64,000 nt of DNA, taken from Phoronis australis (Eukaryota > Animalia > Phoronida). Shown here one piece after another: positions 25,371-37,530 of the stretch (positions are counted from its first letter, which is position 1; each line of letters begins with the position of its first letter). A model generated the notes under the pieces. The model was not told where the DNA came from and ran no database searches. It saw only the letters and a list, made by a program, of their open reading frames with translations. The translations under genes were made by a program, and so were the position numbers. Where the stretch lies: positions 635,942 to 699,941 of the forward strand of contig NMRA01000177.1 of the NCBI GenBank assembly GCA_002633005.1. The letters run 5' to 3'.

Positions 25371-25619
25371 GATGAGGCAGTGTGGCCCGGTTCATAAGTG
25401 CCCGCTTTCTTTACTCGAGGTCGTGGGTTCAAGTCCCACCAGGTCACACTGCTAAACCCTTGAGCCAGGTTTCTAGCTCCTCAGCTTGGTTTTAACCATA
25501 TATAATTAATAAAGCATAAAAATATTTCCAGGTGATCAGTGCAATGGGCCCACATGCGAGGCCTGCGCATGTCTGGTACAACGTGTATCAGACTGCCTGC
25601 AATTATTTTTATTTTTTTA
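25371..25619 (+). mobile_element. tRNA-derived SINE with a 13-bp target-site duplication
   Basis: TAATATCATATGA occurs on both sides; the matching site at ~28866 is empty. B-box GGTTCAAGTCC. Confidence 0.88.
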
Positions 25620-25892
25620 TAATATCATATGATCGTCGGAGCATTTTGGGTGCTCGTTGACAACAAATTTCATCCTTTTGAGCCCAGTGTCCCGCACGTA
25701 GTCCCACCTGACCTGGGGAACCCAAACTCGATCATTTCCTTCTGTTTTCTTTGAACGATTCTGATTTTGCACTTCCTGTAGTATTTTGAGTGTGTGGTGA
25801 GATGTTGCGTGGCAACTTCGTGGCAACCTAGGATTTTTCCAGGTTGTCAAACAAATCTTGCATTGGCGACCTGCAGGTTGCCAAGTATTGTC

Positions 25893-26272
25893 AGGGCTTG
25901 GAATTTTCTGCGGAAACGCGGATTTCTGCTTTTTTCAAATGTGCTTTCCGCTTTTTTATAATATTTCCGCGTAAAAAAATCGGATTTGATATAAAATTTC
26001 CGCGGCAAATTCCTTTTTTACCGCGGCGTTGCAGACGACATTCACCTCAAAAAGCGGAAGTTGCTCTTTATGTTTCGGAGGAACGTAAATTGTCAACATT
26101 GCCGGGGCATCTGGGACAGCGTGGTGGGAGATTTTCAATGGCGTCTCGTGTTATTGTTAAGCGCGGCGACAAATACTACCACTCTGCAGCCAAAAATGTG
26201 TGGGTTGGGAGTGGACGGGCGAGCTAAAAGGACGCAGACACATGCTACTGATGGTGGTAACGTTTTTTTTTT
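25893..26272 (+). mobile_element. DNA transposon end (CAGGGCTTGGAAT TIR family) running into an N gap
   Basis: Homology with the second duplicate breaks at about CAGGGCTTGGAATTTT, the same terminus as the MITE at 55223. Confidence 0.6.
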
Positions 26273-26834
26273 NNNNNNNNNNNNNNAATAGAACTCTTGG
26301 CTTCATTATTTAACGCATCCTCAAATATTTCCCGTGAAACAAAAGCCCCGGCCTACACGGCTTAGGCCCAAACTTCATATTTCTCCTCTGTCTGGGATCT
26401 CCCCGCTCGCTCAACATTACTCAGTAAACAACGAAACTTATTTTATCCTGACGCTAACCCGCACTTTGATTTGTTGTTATTTTCACAGTTATGTCCAATT
26501 CAGTTTACAACTAGCATGCGCCAACATATAAGGATCGGTATTTCGATCGTTTGATGAAAACTAGTGGAAGAAGAAGTAGAATTGATGGCTCGTCAGATTC
26601 CAGTTTGAAGTTACATTTCATAAAGCCTGTCGGGAGGGGCTCGTCGATGGGATCCATGGCCATTCCCTGTTTTTAAATTAATATCTTTTTAAGGGCCGCG
26701 CTCGGAAGGATGCCTCTTGATTCAGGATTTGCAGACGCAGCGCTTTTCCCGCGAAATAATTGTTATATAGCCTCTTCAAACCGAAGAGTACGTAAATAAT
26801 GCGCCACTTTACGGATGCTGGATTGTGATTGATC

Positions 26835-27407
26835 ACGGCTGCTAAACCAGAACCATTTCAAACAAACGGAAAGTATACATCTGTAATCAAGAGAGTAAGT
26901 CTGAAGATTGGGTGATTTCTAATTTTATGACTTAGTTTCGTGATGTAGCCCTATAGGTGATCGTGGAGCATATATGCGAGTAATGGTATTGTTGATACTT
27001 TAACCATAGATTATCCGTCAACAGACAAGCCACGTGCACGCTGTCGCCTGTGTCGGTGATCTGAAAGATGCGAACAATATAGTACCCAACCTTAGACAGT
27101 GGACGAATTTCAGAAATTGGTTTTAGGTTCTTGTCTTTGCTGCCTTGAACTGAACCTAGTTCAAGTGAAAACATTCAAGATAAATCTAGTGGGTGTTGTG
27201 AACTTTGAACAGTTTATCTTGACTTTTCTCTCTGATTCAGCCATTGAAGAAGAGGTCCGGGCGAGGAAGTTGACCCAAACTGATCACCTGAACAAGCAGC
27301 TCCTGAACTCATTGTTGGGCCGTCTTAACCAACAATCGACGGCATCTGGTTTGCAGTCGCCAGAACTTACAAGAAGGATTGGCAGACTGGGAGACAGAAG
27401 AACTTGA
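26835..27407 (+). pseudogene. Degenerate microprotein copy upstream of NMRK-B, exons ~26835-26894 and 27241-27407
   Basis: The start codon is replaced by ACG and the frameshifts match the 23296 copy. Donor GTAAGT and acceptor TTCAG are retained. Confidence 0.7.
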
Positions 27408-27607
27408 CAAGCAGTAACAGATAACTAGCACGGAAACAAACTAACACAAAGAGATAGTGTCAGTGAGAAGGAAATATTTGGCATCAACATTTTTTGATGT
27501 GGATGTAGTTTAATCACAAGCCTGTAGGTGTCACTAGTGTCAAGTACATAGATGAACTAAACACAGTCTTTCCGAGGACATTTCGGCCTACAAGTGAACA
27601 CAGAAGA

Positions 27608-30600
27608 ATGTCATTCGTTGTTGGAATCGGAGGGTAATTAGAGCAGCTATAAGCCTTCCCTTGCATTACAATAACAAACGTTTGATTGGAACTGCTTACC
27701 GTCATGAAATTGGTCTGTATCAAACTCTTACTTAATTTCTAGTAGTCGAATTGGAGATGATTTTGGGGTCATAGTACAGCGTTTTCCCGTTGATCCCAAC
27801 TTGTTCGATTCAATAGCCCAATGTTCAGCAAGTTGGGAAGATGACCCCTGTAGCCAATCTTACACGACTGATTAATTCCATTCTGGCATTTATGGTTGGA
27901 AGGCCAGCTCTCTTTTGTTCGATAATTGCTCTAATCCCCAATGAGATCATATCTAGCCTGAGTGGGCTGTGCTGTTAAAAACAAAAGTTAAGTGATAACA
28001 TATTTGAACATAAACCGATAACATTTCTGAATTTCTCGTCAAATTCTGACCATGTTTAGTTTTTGAATCGCCAAAATCGCCTTACTGCAACTGAAGTTAC
28101 GGCAATCTGTTCTTTCCGAACATACCAATTTACTCTGGGTTTGACTGTGTTCACAGGTGGTCTGTAATAAGCGTGGTAGATAATTGGCCTACCTGTTGTC
28201 CTGCCAGACAAAAGACTGTGCTTGGCAATTGATTAACAAAGGAGCTAGATGTTATCACAGGCTCACAACCCTCTATGTCTGGTAAAGAGAACACCCTCAT
28301 GTTAAGAAAGAACTGGCGGTTCGCTATTGCTTGAGACCAGCTCTGTACAAGTTGGCTAAATTGTCGTGGCATGTCATTTTTTGTGTAAGACTGCAAATCA
28401 CTTCTCATTTGAGTAATGGACACTTGTGAGACCAATTGTGCAGCAGTAAGGGGGTCTAAATCAAAATTTAGTTTCTTTGACGTAACACTGGATTATTGGT
28501 GCTTTAGCATATTATATATAGTTGAGGTTATAGCCTGAATTTCCCTGAGGGGAATCACTACAAACGTGGTGAAGTCTCCAGCTTTGGCAATAAGCTCAAC
28601 TCATATCAAAGATCGACACTTTAGCATAAGGTCATGCAACTTGCCAAACGCGACCTGGCAAAATTCCCAGGTCAAAGAACAGGAACTAAAGTACCCAAAC
28701 CCTGTTGACAGGAACGAAATAGAAATTATTGAGATACCTGAAGCAGGAATTCATCCAGCATTTCAAAAATAGGGCATCCAAAATAGTTTTCCCAATTTCT
28801 CAGGGCGTCCATGACCAATAATGCATGACAAGTGGGTGAACTCGGTAAATTTCTGTCAATGCACCTAATATCATATGATCATCGGAGCATTTTGGGTGCT
28901 CGTTGACAACAAATTTCATCCTTTTGAGCCCAGTGTCCCGCACGTAGTCCCACCTCCTGGGAACCCAAACTCGATCGTCTCCTTCTGATTTCTTTGAACG
29001 ATTCCGATTTTGCACTTCCTGTAGTATTTTGAGTGTGTGGTCGGATGTTGCGTGGCAATTTCGTGGCAGCCTAGGATTTTTCCGGGTTGTTAAACAAATC
29101 TTGCATTGGCGACCTGCAGGTTGCCAAGTATTGTACTGCTACATTTAGATTCAGGAGAACCAACTGTTTAACCAGAAAGGGTCTTGCATTCACTGGACAT
29201 GTCTGGTGCTAGTAAATATCTCTCAGGCAAATCTTGTGTTTACGTCATGGATTTTCTATCAAAGCTGTCACTAGAGGGTTTTAACTAAATAAAGAGTATT
29301 CATCTCATGTATCGGCGAAAACATGTTATGACTGTGTTCAGGGAGATTTAGATTTAAGAAGCAGTCATGAACAGCTTATATAAATGTCTTTTTGCATGTG
29401 AATGAGAGGAATGCTCTGTGTTAACACATTACTATTGAAAACCCTGTTGAACATGTACAATACATTGACCAGCAAGGTCTTAACAGAAAGACAAAACTGA
29501 ATGTAGAAAGCTGTCGTTTAGGATTGTCGTAACACTGCAACCCGATGGAGAGAGTGTTACTAGTTATAGTATAGAAAGTATTTAGTCTGAAACCGGGCTG
29601 ACATAAATGTAGGTCTACACGTTACACCCAAATCTAGTGAACATTGGTATAATGGTGGTTAGAATTGCAGAAAATGTACGATACCTGTGTTGTATCCGTT
29701 AATGTTGTTTTCTCATTTTCAGTGTCACCAATGGAGGCAAGACAACCGTTGCTACGAAACTGTTAAAACAATTGCCCCATGCGTCATGTCTGAACCAGGA
29801 TGACTACTTCTGGGTATGGCTGCCTCTTAAAAGTTCAAAATAGAAAATTTTATGTTGTCTAAAATTTTGTTGTTGAAAGTTGCCTGTAAAAGTGATTCAT
29901 GGTTCATAGAAGATTTGGATTTGTTGTGCTGTGATTTTCAAAAACTTGTCAGTGCACATTTTTAAACTGAATTAGTATACTGTCTTTAATATTTTAGCCA
30001 TAGTTGTCTTGGCCAAATTGCGTTCGACTTGTTTACTTCAAGACCTCAGCTCTGTCAGTGGTGCAATTTATACTATTAGTTAAAGGCACATATGACACCA
30101 TCTTGTTTTTGTCTGGAATACTTTTCAGAGCATTTTTGATAATAAATTGCCCTTTATCCTATTTCCTACGATTACACTTTGAACCTAATGAATTTTACAA
30201 CTGATGTCTTTGCGGAAAAAAAGAAAATTAGCAAACCATTTTAAAGACTTTTACAGGCATTTTTTTCAAAAAGTGTGGTTGTTCCCCTCCCCTAGATCCA
30301 CCATCGTCTGGATTTGGTGGTATTGGCCTAGTCTTATCGCTGTAGTCGACTTTATATCAAGACAAGGTTCTGGCTAGTTTTTGGATGAAGCTGTGTACCA
30401 CTGCTTGTTAATTATAGATTTTGTTCAATGTTTTAGCCTGAAGACAGCCAAATTTGGAAGGAGAAGGGTCTATGGCTGCCAGAATTTCAGTACGCAAACT
30501 GGGACTGTAAGTAGCAGGCTGTCTACATAAACTCAGGAAAAGTTCACTTGGTATATGAAGGGTTGATTGATCTTATTGAATTGAGAACATGTGGTAGTTT

Positions 30601-33600
30601 ACAAAAAGTTGACAAATTTGTGGAAATTGTCTGTATAGCAAAATCCGAGACGAAAACCGGATGAGATTTGCATTGATCATTCGAAAATAAAGCAAATCAT
30701 TTTGGTTAGAAAACTCGAACAGAAGGTTTTTTTAATACTTTTTGGAAAACTACTGTATTCTGCGGTCATAATGTTTCTTTTATCAGACTGAAGATCTGAT
30801 ATGTGAATCTGAAATCAGATCTGCAGCTTATGATGTGTGTTCAATAAGTTGTCCTGTCAACCGTCTAACGTATATGTAAAACTCTCATTACACTACGTCA
30901 CACTGTACAAATGAGCGATTTTTAGTATAATGGCAAATCACATTATGTTAAGTTTGTCCTCCCAAAAGTCATAATTAGCCTTCTCAATAATATAACAAGA
31001 CATTGAATCTTTAGGCTTATGTCTCGGCTGATCTTTATTACTGAAATAGTCTATATGAGACAAAGTACACTAGGTAGTCATTTTGTGTTCTAATTTTGCT
31101 GGCAGCGGTTCAACTTGATGACAAAGTGTCGTTCTCAGTGATTTTACTAAAACGGCCTTTGGACGAAATCTCTCGCCTTTATCAGACTGTCTCTGTGTGC
31201 ATTTGTCATTATTGGACATGTGACTTTTGGGAGTTAGATGTTCTGACATTAATTTCTGTGCCATGAAAGGACTGGCAATACATAATCATCCAAAAACCTA
31301 CAATCCAGCCCAAAAACAGTTTTTAATATAGACCACTTTGCATTATGAAATTAGTCTCAAATTCTTCTAGTCAAACTGGAGACTTGGAAAGAGCTGACAG
31401 TTTGTTACTCCTTGAAGTCAGGCTCTACACGTTGACTTTTCACGCCGTGTCATTTTATGCACAGAACATGGTCTCAGTACAGAGATCGTCTCCCCTGTGT
31501 CAGGAAAAAGTTGAGACCAGTTGTATAATGGTATATGGCCAAAATTAAAAGTTTGTTTCTGTTATGGAACGTGAGTTTAAGAGTGAACTCAATAATTTAG
31601 TTTTGGTACAATGACTGCGAGGAGTCCTTGTCTCGTTGCAACGCTAGTCATGTTGTAAATATGTTTGGTGTAATGAGACTGGCAGTTGTGATGCCATAAC
31701 TGTCCAATTTCAAGTGGATTGATTTCATTCGCAAACTGAAGACTGGGTGCCAATAGTGTTAAATTTTTAGTTTTATTATAATATTTCAGTTCACATTGTC
31801 TTTGTCCTTCACATATTTCAAAGACAAACTGGCAGGAAAATATTATATAGGTCTTTAAAACATTTTGAAATCAATTTCAAAATTATGATTTTACTGGCAC
31901 TGCATATTTAATCTCTTCTACAGCATCAATAGCGTGATTGGTCCATTGTTTTTTCACCAACAATCACGTTTACACTTGTTTTGAGAATTATTGATTTAGC
32001 TTTTTGTTTAAATTCTGTCATCCAAGTCACAACTTTTATACAGGTGAAGAGGCCCTGGACTTTGATAGCCTGGTGGAGTATATTAAAGAATGGAAGAACA
32101 GCTCTCATTGTAAGGTGGACAAGGAACAGCCTCGGATATTATTAGTTGAAGGATTTCTCTTGTACACCCACAAGTAAGCCCAATAGAAACTTTGCCCATT
32201 TCAAGACATCTTGTGCTTCTGTCCAATGATTTGTTGACGAAGTGCTGGCATCAACAGACCTGTTTATCAGAAACCCTAATCTGAGGTCGCTTTGTAAGGA
32301 GCAGATCAATTTCCGCATTGGTGATGACTTGATGGGAATTAGACACTGTCTAAAACACAGTGATATATCGTGCACTACAACTGATAATTTGATCTGTTTG
32401 GCTTGATTTCCTCGTGAAAAATTAGGGTATTTTTTTAGCCGAAGAAATATGACAGAATTTGCTAAAACAGACGTATTAGGTTTGCGTTCTTGTTGACTAA
32501 TGGTTTTAGTAACCATGGTAGATAATTGGCGTGCAAGTCGTGATCCTGGACGAAGGACCGTGGAAACGCTTCACAATGACCTAGATTGATAGCTGGGTTT
32601 AGCCTCAATTTGGAAACTGCTGTTGACACCAAATGGGAGGCTTTTATAATGATTAAGGGTTGTTAAAGCAAATGTGCTGTTATGTTGCAGTAAACATGCA
32701 AGAAAATATCACTGAAGTAATGAAGTTTGAACACTTCCAGCTTGTAAATGTAATTCAAATAAAAAAATTAGTACTTTTACCAGCTTGCACTGGGTCTGGT
32801 GACAGTTACCTAGTGTGGCCAAGTCGCAATTAGGCTGCATAGTACTTATAGTAATCTTTTATGGGTCCTACTGGAAAATTGCTCTGCTCGTTTGATGTCC
32901 ATGTAAACACCATGATGCAATGCAGTAGAAAGGTCGTATATTCAGTTTTATTACGCTGAAGCTGTATTAGAAGCACAGACGAATCCAGAGCACGATGTCA
33001 TAGGTCATGATCTTGTCTCCTGACTCGCCGGCATAGCCGCCATTGACGAATCTTTGTGTCAGTTCTTTTCCAAACCAGACGGTTGATATTCCTGATCTGT
33101 GCCTGCATTGAAAATGTTTTTGTCTCATTTTTCAGAGAGCTCTGTTCCCTCTTTGATAAAAAACTCTTCTTGGAATTACCTTACGAGGAATGCAAGAAAA
33201 GGCGAATGTAAGTGTTGTTTAAAGTTGCTACCTCTCATTAGTCAGATAGCTTTTGCTTACAAGCTACTCAAGATCTTGAAATGTTGTGAGCTAAGAAACA
33301 GCTGCATTAGCTATTCTATCTTCACATAATTGTTCGAACTTCTTAATCAAAAGTTTAATATCCTTCTTATTGTTGTCAGTGCTAAAATCTAGAGCAATGA
33401 ATAGTTTCAACCCCACGGGACAGGCAGTGTTCAGAAAAATCACTTGCTGGAATCGTTTTTCCTTGCTTTCTAGTTCAATGATAATGGAGTAGTTTTCAAA
33501 CCTTTGTGTGAATATTTTCAACTCTCTCACAGCATCATCCTCTTATGTCAATGGCTTAGGTGTAGTGACTATACAGAGTTCAGTGATGCCATCTTTGGTT

Positions 33601-36600
33601 TTTGATGCGGTCAGGCAGCAAACAACAGAGGGTTGAAACTTCGGTACTGATAACCATAGCTTTAAAAATGGATTAAGGGTCTTCACTAAGTCGTAAATTT
33701 CTCGGAGTGATCCCGACGTTGCCACCATGTTTCAAGTCAAGTATTATGGTGCATAAAGTGAAGCTTTGTCAACAGTAAAACGAACAATTTTGACTTACAT
33801 GGCATTGAACTTTTAATCAAGAAGCAATGCCACCTAGCGAGATATAGCATATTAACAACTTACTATCAGATGACAGATCAGACGCCTGATCCACCACCTT
33901 GCCTTCTTATTGTCTGCCATGAAATCAGATGGCAGATCAGCGTTCTCAGTGGAAAAGGCTGCATTCTTGCGTCGTGCCAACTGTGCTGAGGTTTTGCTTG
34001 CCCGTGGTGATATGGTGATCCTATGCTTGCGCTAGACTTTTAAAAGTTTTAGCCATAATAGCTAAAGCATCTGAAAACATCTAGCTATTTTCAAAAATTA
34101 TTAGCCAAATACTTCCTCTTTTCCCAACCCCCACAACACACAGTTAAACGGACCAAATTTTTTTATTTTTCGTTCTGAGCATAGGCTCTTTTCATAAATG
34201 TACTATAAGAAAAGACGTTTGCCTTTAGAAAAAACAAATGATCAACATTCCGGGGTCATATTGCAACCTAATAAGGTGGAGGTGATGTCAGGCAACCTTC
34301 CTTTTGTTTTGACCTCTAAAATTTGTGCAGCGTTCCCCCTATACCCGAGTTGCTGTATGTGCACGCTGGTCACATGGGTATTTAAATGGTGTTGACGTTA
34401 AAAAAAATTGGGCAGGAGTCCCTCCCCCTATTCCTGGGTTACGACGAGGATACAGTGTACCATGACGTACAGTGATGGACATAAAATGGAACATTTGCTT
34501 GCTGTTTTTAGGACTCGAAATCGAAGTAAGAATGTCGTTTGCGGTGACGGCTTGATTCGATGTGACTGCGAATCGACACGCAAGTAGGTTTCCCGAAAGC
34601 ATTGCAAAAGCATTCGCCAAATTAGTTCTACCATCGCCAGTGCCACTCAGAATTTGCCAATAGCACATGGTGAGCGGCTAGCACGAGAGAAAGATGCATT
34701 GACATTAACAGAAATTCAAAATCTTTACGAACAAACTGTAGAAATATTTGGTGAACAGATTGAATTCCATTTCGGTGGGAGAGAACTATGAGTGATTAGC
34801 CAGAATATTTGTATTCTAGTTACCCAGTGAGAGGGTTGACAAGTCAACTAACTCGAAGATGCTGAGCTGCCTTCTGATAAGTCCCTTGTAAAAATTCCAC
34901 CCGTGGATGTGGCATTAGTGAATGTCTTTTTATGTGGGATTTTTGTATCATGTTCACATGAAGAATGTTTTTTGTTAAGACCTTATCGACAAGCGTGATG
35001 TGCCTTTTAGCAAATAATCATCCAGAAAATTGTAGAATTTTGGTCTGTGAAAACATATAAGGCAATTCTAAAAGCAGAAAGACTTTAAGCTTGATTATCA
35101 ACTTAATACCAATCTGTCATTAATTTGGTCACATCATCTCGCGCGTATTTTTAACAACATTTATCAATTGGAAATGTATATTCATTTCAAAACGTCAGTG
35201 TCATTGGCGTGGTCAATGCTCAAAATGAAATCTGACAACTGATTCCTTTTTCTTAAATATCATCTTCTCTATTTTATTTCATACAGCTTTCAGGGGTTCC
35301 ATTAAAATCATACAAGTCCAATTTTTAATAGCCCCTCATGCAAAAGTAGGACACCCCAAAAATAACTTGCGTTGAAGCGAATAATACCATAATTAATAAT
35401 ACAGTAAGTAGTCATCTTGTAGCGAGGGATAGTTCATTTCAGTGGAGCCTGATACTGTGGCTAGACCATAATTACAAGAGTCAGTAGGTGCTCAGTTTTT
35501 ACACCCTGGTATCCAGTGACTCCAAACAGCAGCTTTGGCAAACGAATGAAAGTTGTATTTTGCCCCTTAGCTGTGAATGTTGATTTTTAATTGAACCATT
35601 ATGGGGGTTTAAAAACATTACCTCGCTCATCTGAACTTGAACTATGTGATTGATTTTATCTGAGTAAAAGACCCGGCTATTTTGATTTTCGTTGTACCCA
35701 CTTAACTTGGTAAAATGCAGTTTAAAGTTGAAACTTATTTCACACGTGACAGAAAAAGTTAAATTTTGTAACTAGTTTCATCTTTGGATGCCTGTTCCTG
35801 ACCAAGGGCTAGTTGCACAATGATTAGCGCATTGATCATATGGAATGATGTCTGTTGGGAGAGGAAACCAATAATTATTTCATCTGTTGATTTCTTACAT
35901 TTTTTGTTCCGTGGACAATGCTGTGGCTGATTATTCTATTACAGAGCCCGAGATTACTTTCCTCCTGAACCACCAGGGTATTTTGATGCAATTGTGTGGC
36001 CGGCCTACGTAGAGTTCAAAGGTCAAGTTGCCAAACAAGACGACATAGGTGAGCCCTTTGTTTTGGTGTTGTACTGTTTTTTTACCGTGATAACTTTCTG
36101 TATTCTTTTTGTTTTCAAGATTTTTGCTCTTTTCACTTCCTAGACATGCTGTTCAGTTATTGGTGCGCCGAAAATCATGTAGTCTTACAGTTTGGCTGCA
36201 CTTGATTGCCTTTGTCGTTTCTGCTGAGACATCTGATAAGTCCTCGATAACGACGTCCGGATTACAGACCAATCTGATGTCTTGGTCGGATGAGTCTGAA
36301 CCGGCAAAGTCAATCAAGTACAACCTTTGTTTTCAATTAGCTAGACTTCATGAGTCATCTACAGCTAGACTTCATGAGTCATCTATTTGCTGTTGTCATC
36401 TTAACATTTATTTTATTTTTCTGCCTTATTTTATGTTTTGCAATAAATGGTGGAAAGTTCTGCTTTCTATGTTGTCAATGCCATGAGTTGTTTCATTGCT
36501 AATTTTTTTATTTTATCTGTTGTCATGATTTGCACTTGTTCATAATTAGTATGGATTTTTGTTTTAACCTGCAACTTTACTTTGCTGTTAATTGATTCTA

Positions 36601-37233
36601 AGTTTAGAAATTCTCTATATCAAGCAAAAGGAAGCATTTTTGTCTTTTGCAGGGTTTCCCTTAAATTAGACAAATAATGACAAAACTTAATGACTACTTT
36701 CACGTTTTGCTTTCTTTCATTAACTGTACGGCACAATCCGGTCATTTAACCAATAGATGGTTAATGATACTGACAGGGACATAATCGGAGAGATTCTGTA
36801 AGATGAGCGCACACTCATGTGTTAACACGGTATCTTAGCCAGCAATTGAAATTAATTTTGTTTTCCCTCTCCTGGCCGATCATAAAATATGTGTTCAGCT
36901 CAAACCATCTTCGCTCTCTGAGCTTATTGCATTAAATGACTTATTCATGTTAAAATGACACAGGCTTCAAAAGTGGGGCCTTCATGTATAGATGACCTGC
37001 CTGAAGGTTACTGTAGAGGTAAAAATGAAATCGGGATGTCTCAACAAAAATGAGTACCGTCTGACCCTCCCGTCTTAGAGGATAAGGAAAGGTTATGAGG
37101 AAACAGATACCTAAATCAGAGTCATACTACTATTGTTAACATTCTTGTTTCAGTGTACGTGAGTGGGACCAACGAACCAGATACAGTGTTCAACATAATA
37201 TACAACGAAATAAGGAGGATGTGTGGACATTGA
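27608..37233 (+). CDS. NMRK1: Nicotinamide riboside kinase (NRK1-like), copy B. Exons 27608-27633, 29723-29813, 30437-30506, 32044-32173, 33136-33207, 35945-36048, 37154-37233
   Basis: Intact spliced ORF with the same intron phases as copy A. Motifs GIGGVTNGGKTT, QDDYFWPE, YANWD, VEGFLLY and YFPPEPPGYFDAIVWPAY. AATAAA at ~37874. Confidence 0.9.
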
Positions 37234-37530
37234 CTAGTGAGGTGGCTTTGATTGAGTGGACCATTACTTGGCATTATTGACTAGTCAGGTGACTTTAATT
37301 GAGTGGACCGTTACTTGGCATTATTGACTAGTCAGGTGACTTTGAGTGGACCGTTACTTGGCATTATTGACTAGTCAAGTGACTTTGATTGAGTGGACCG
37401 TTACTTGGCATTATTGACTAGTCAGGTGACTTTGAGTGGACCGTTATTTGGCATTATTGACTAGTCAGGTGACTTTGATTGAGTGTACTGTTACTTGGCA
37501 TTATTGACTAGTCAGGTGACTTTGATTGGA
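37231..37530 (+). repeat. Minisatellite with 47/43-bp units (about 6.5 copies) starting at the NMRK-B stop codon
   Basis: Unit TGACTAGTCAGGTGACTTT(GATT)GAGTGGACCGTTACTTGGCATTAT. Confidence 0.92.

Larger units (their letters stand above)
22321..29134 (+). repeat. Near-identical tandem segmental duplication, ~22321-25892 versus ~26287-29134
   Basis: Collinear sequence over about 2.8 kb with SNPs and indels. Both copies start just after N gaps. Confidence 0.9.

Noticed and set aside
37231-37530. CRISPR-like array
   Set aside because: No unique spacers, no cas genes and a eukaryotic 3'UTR context; it is a minisatellite.
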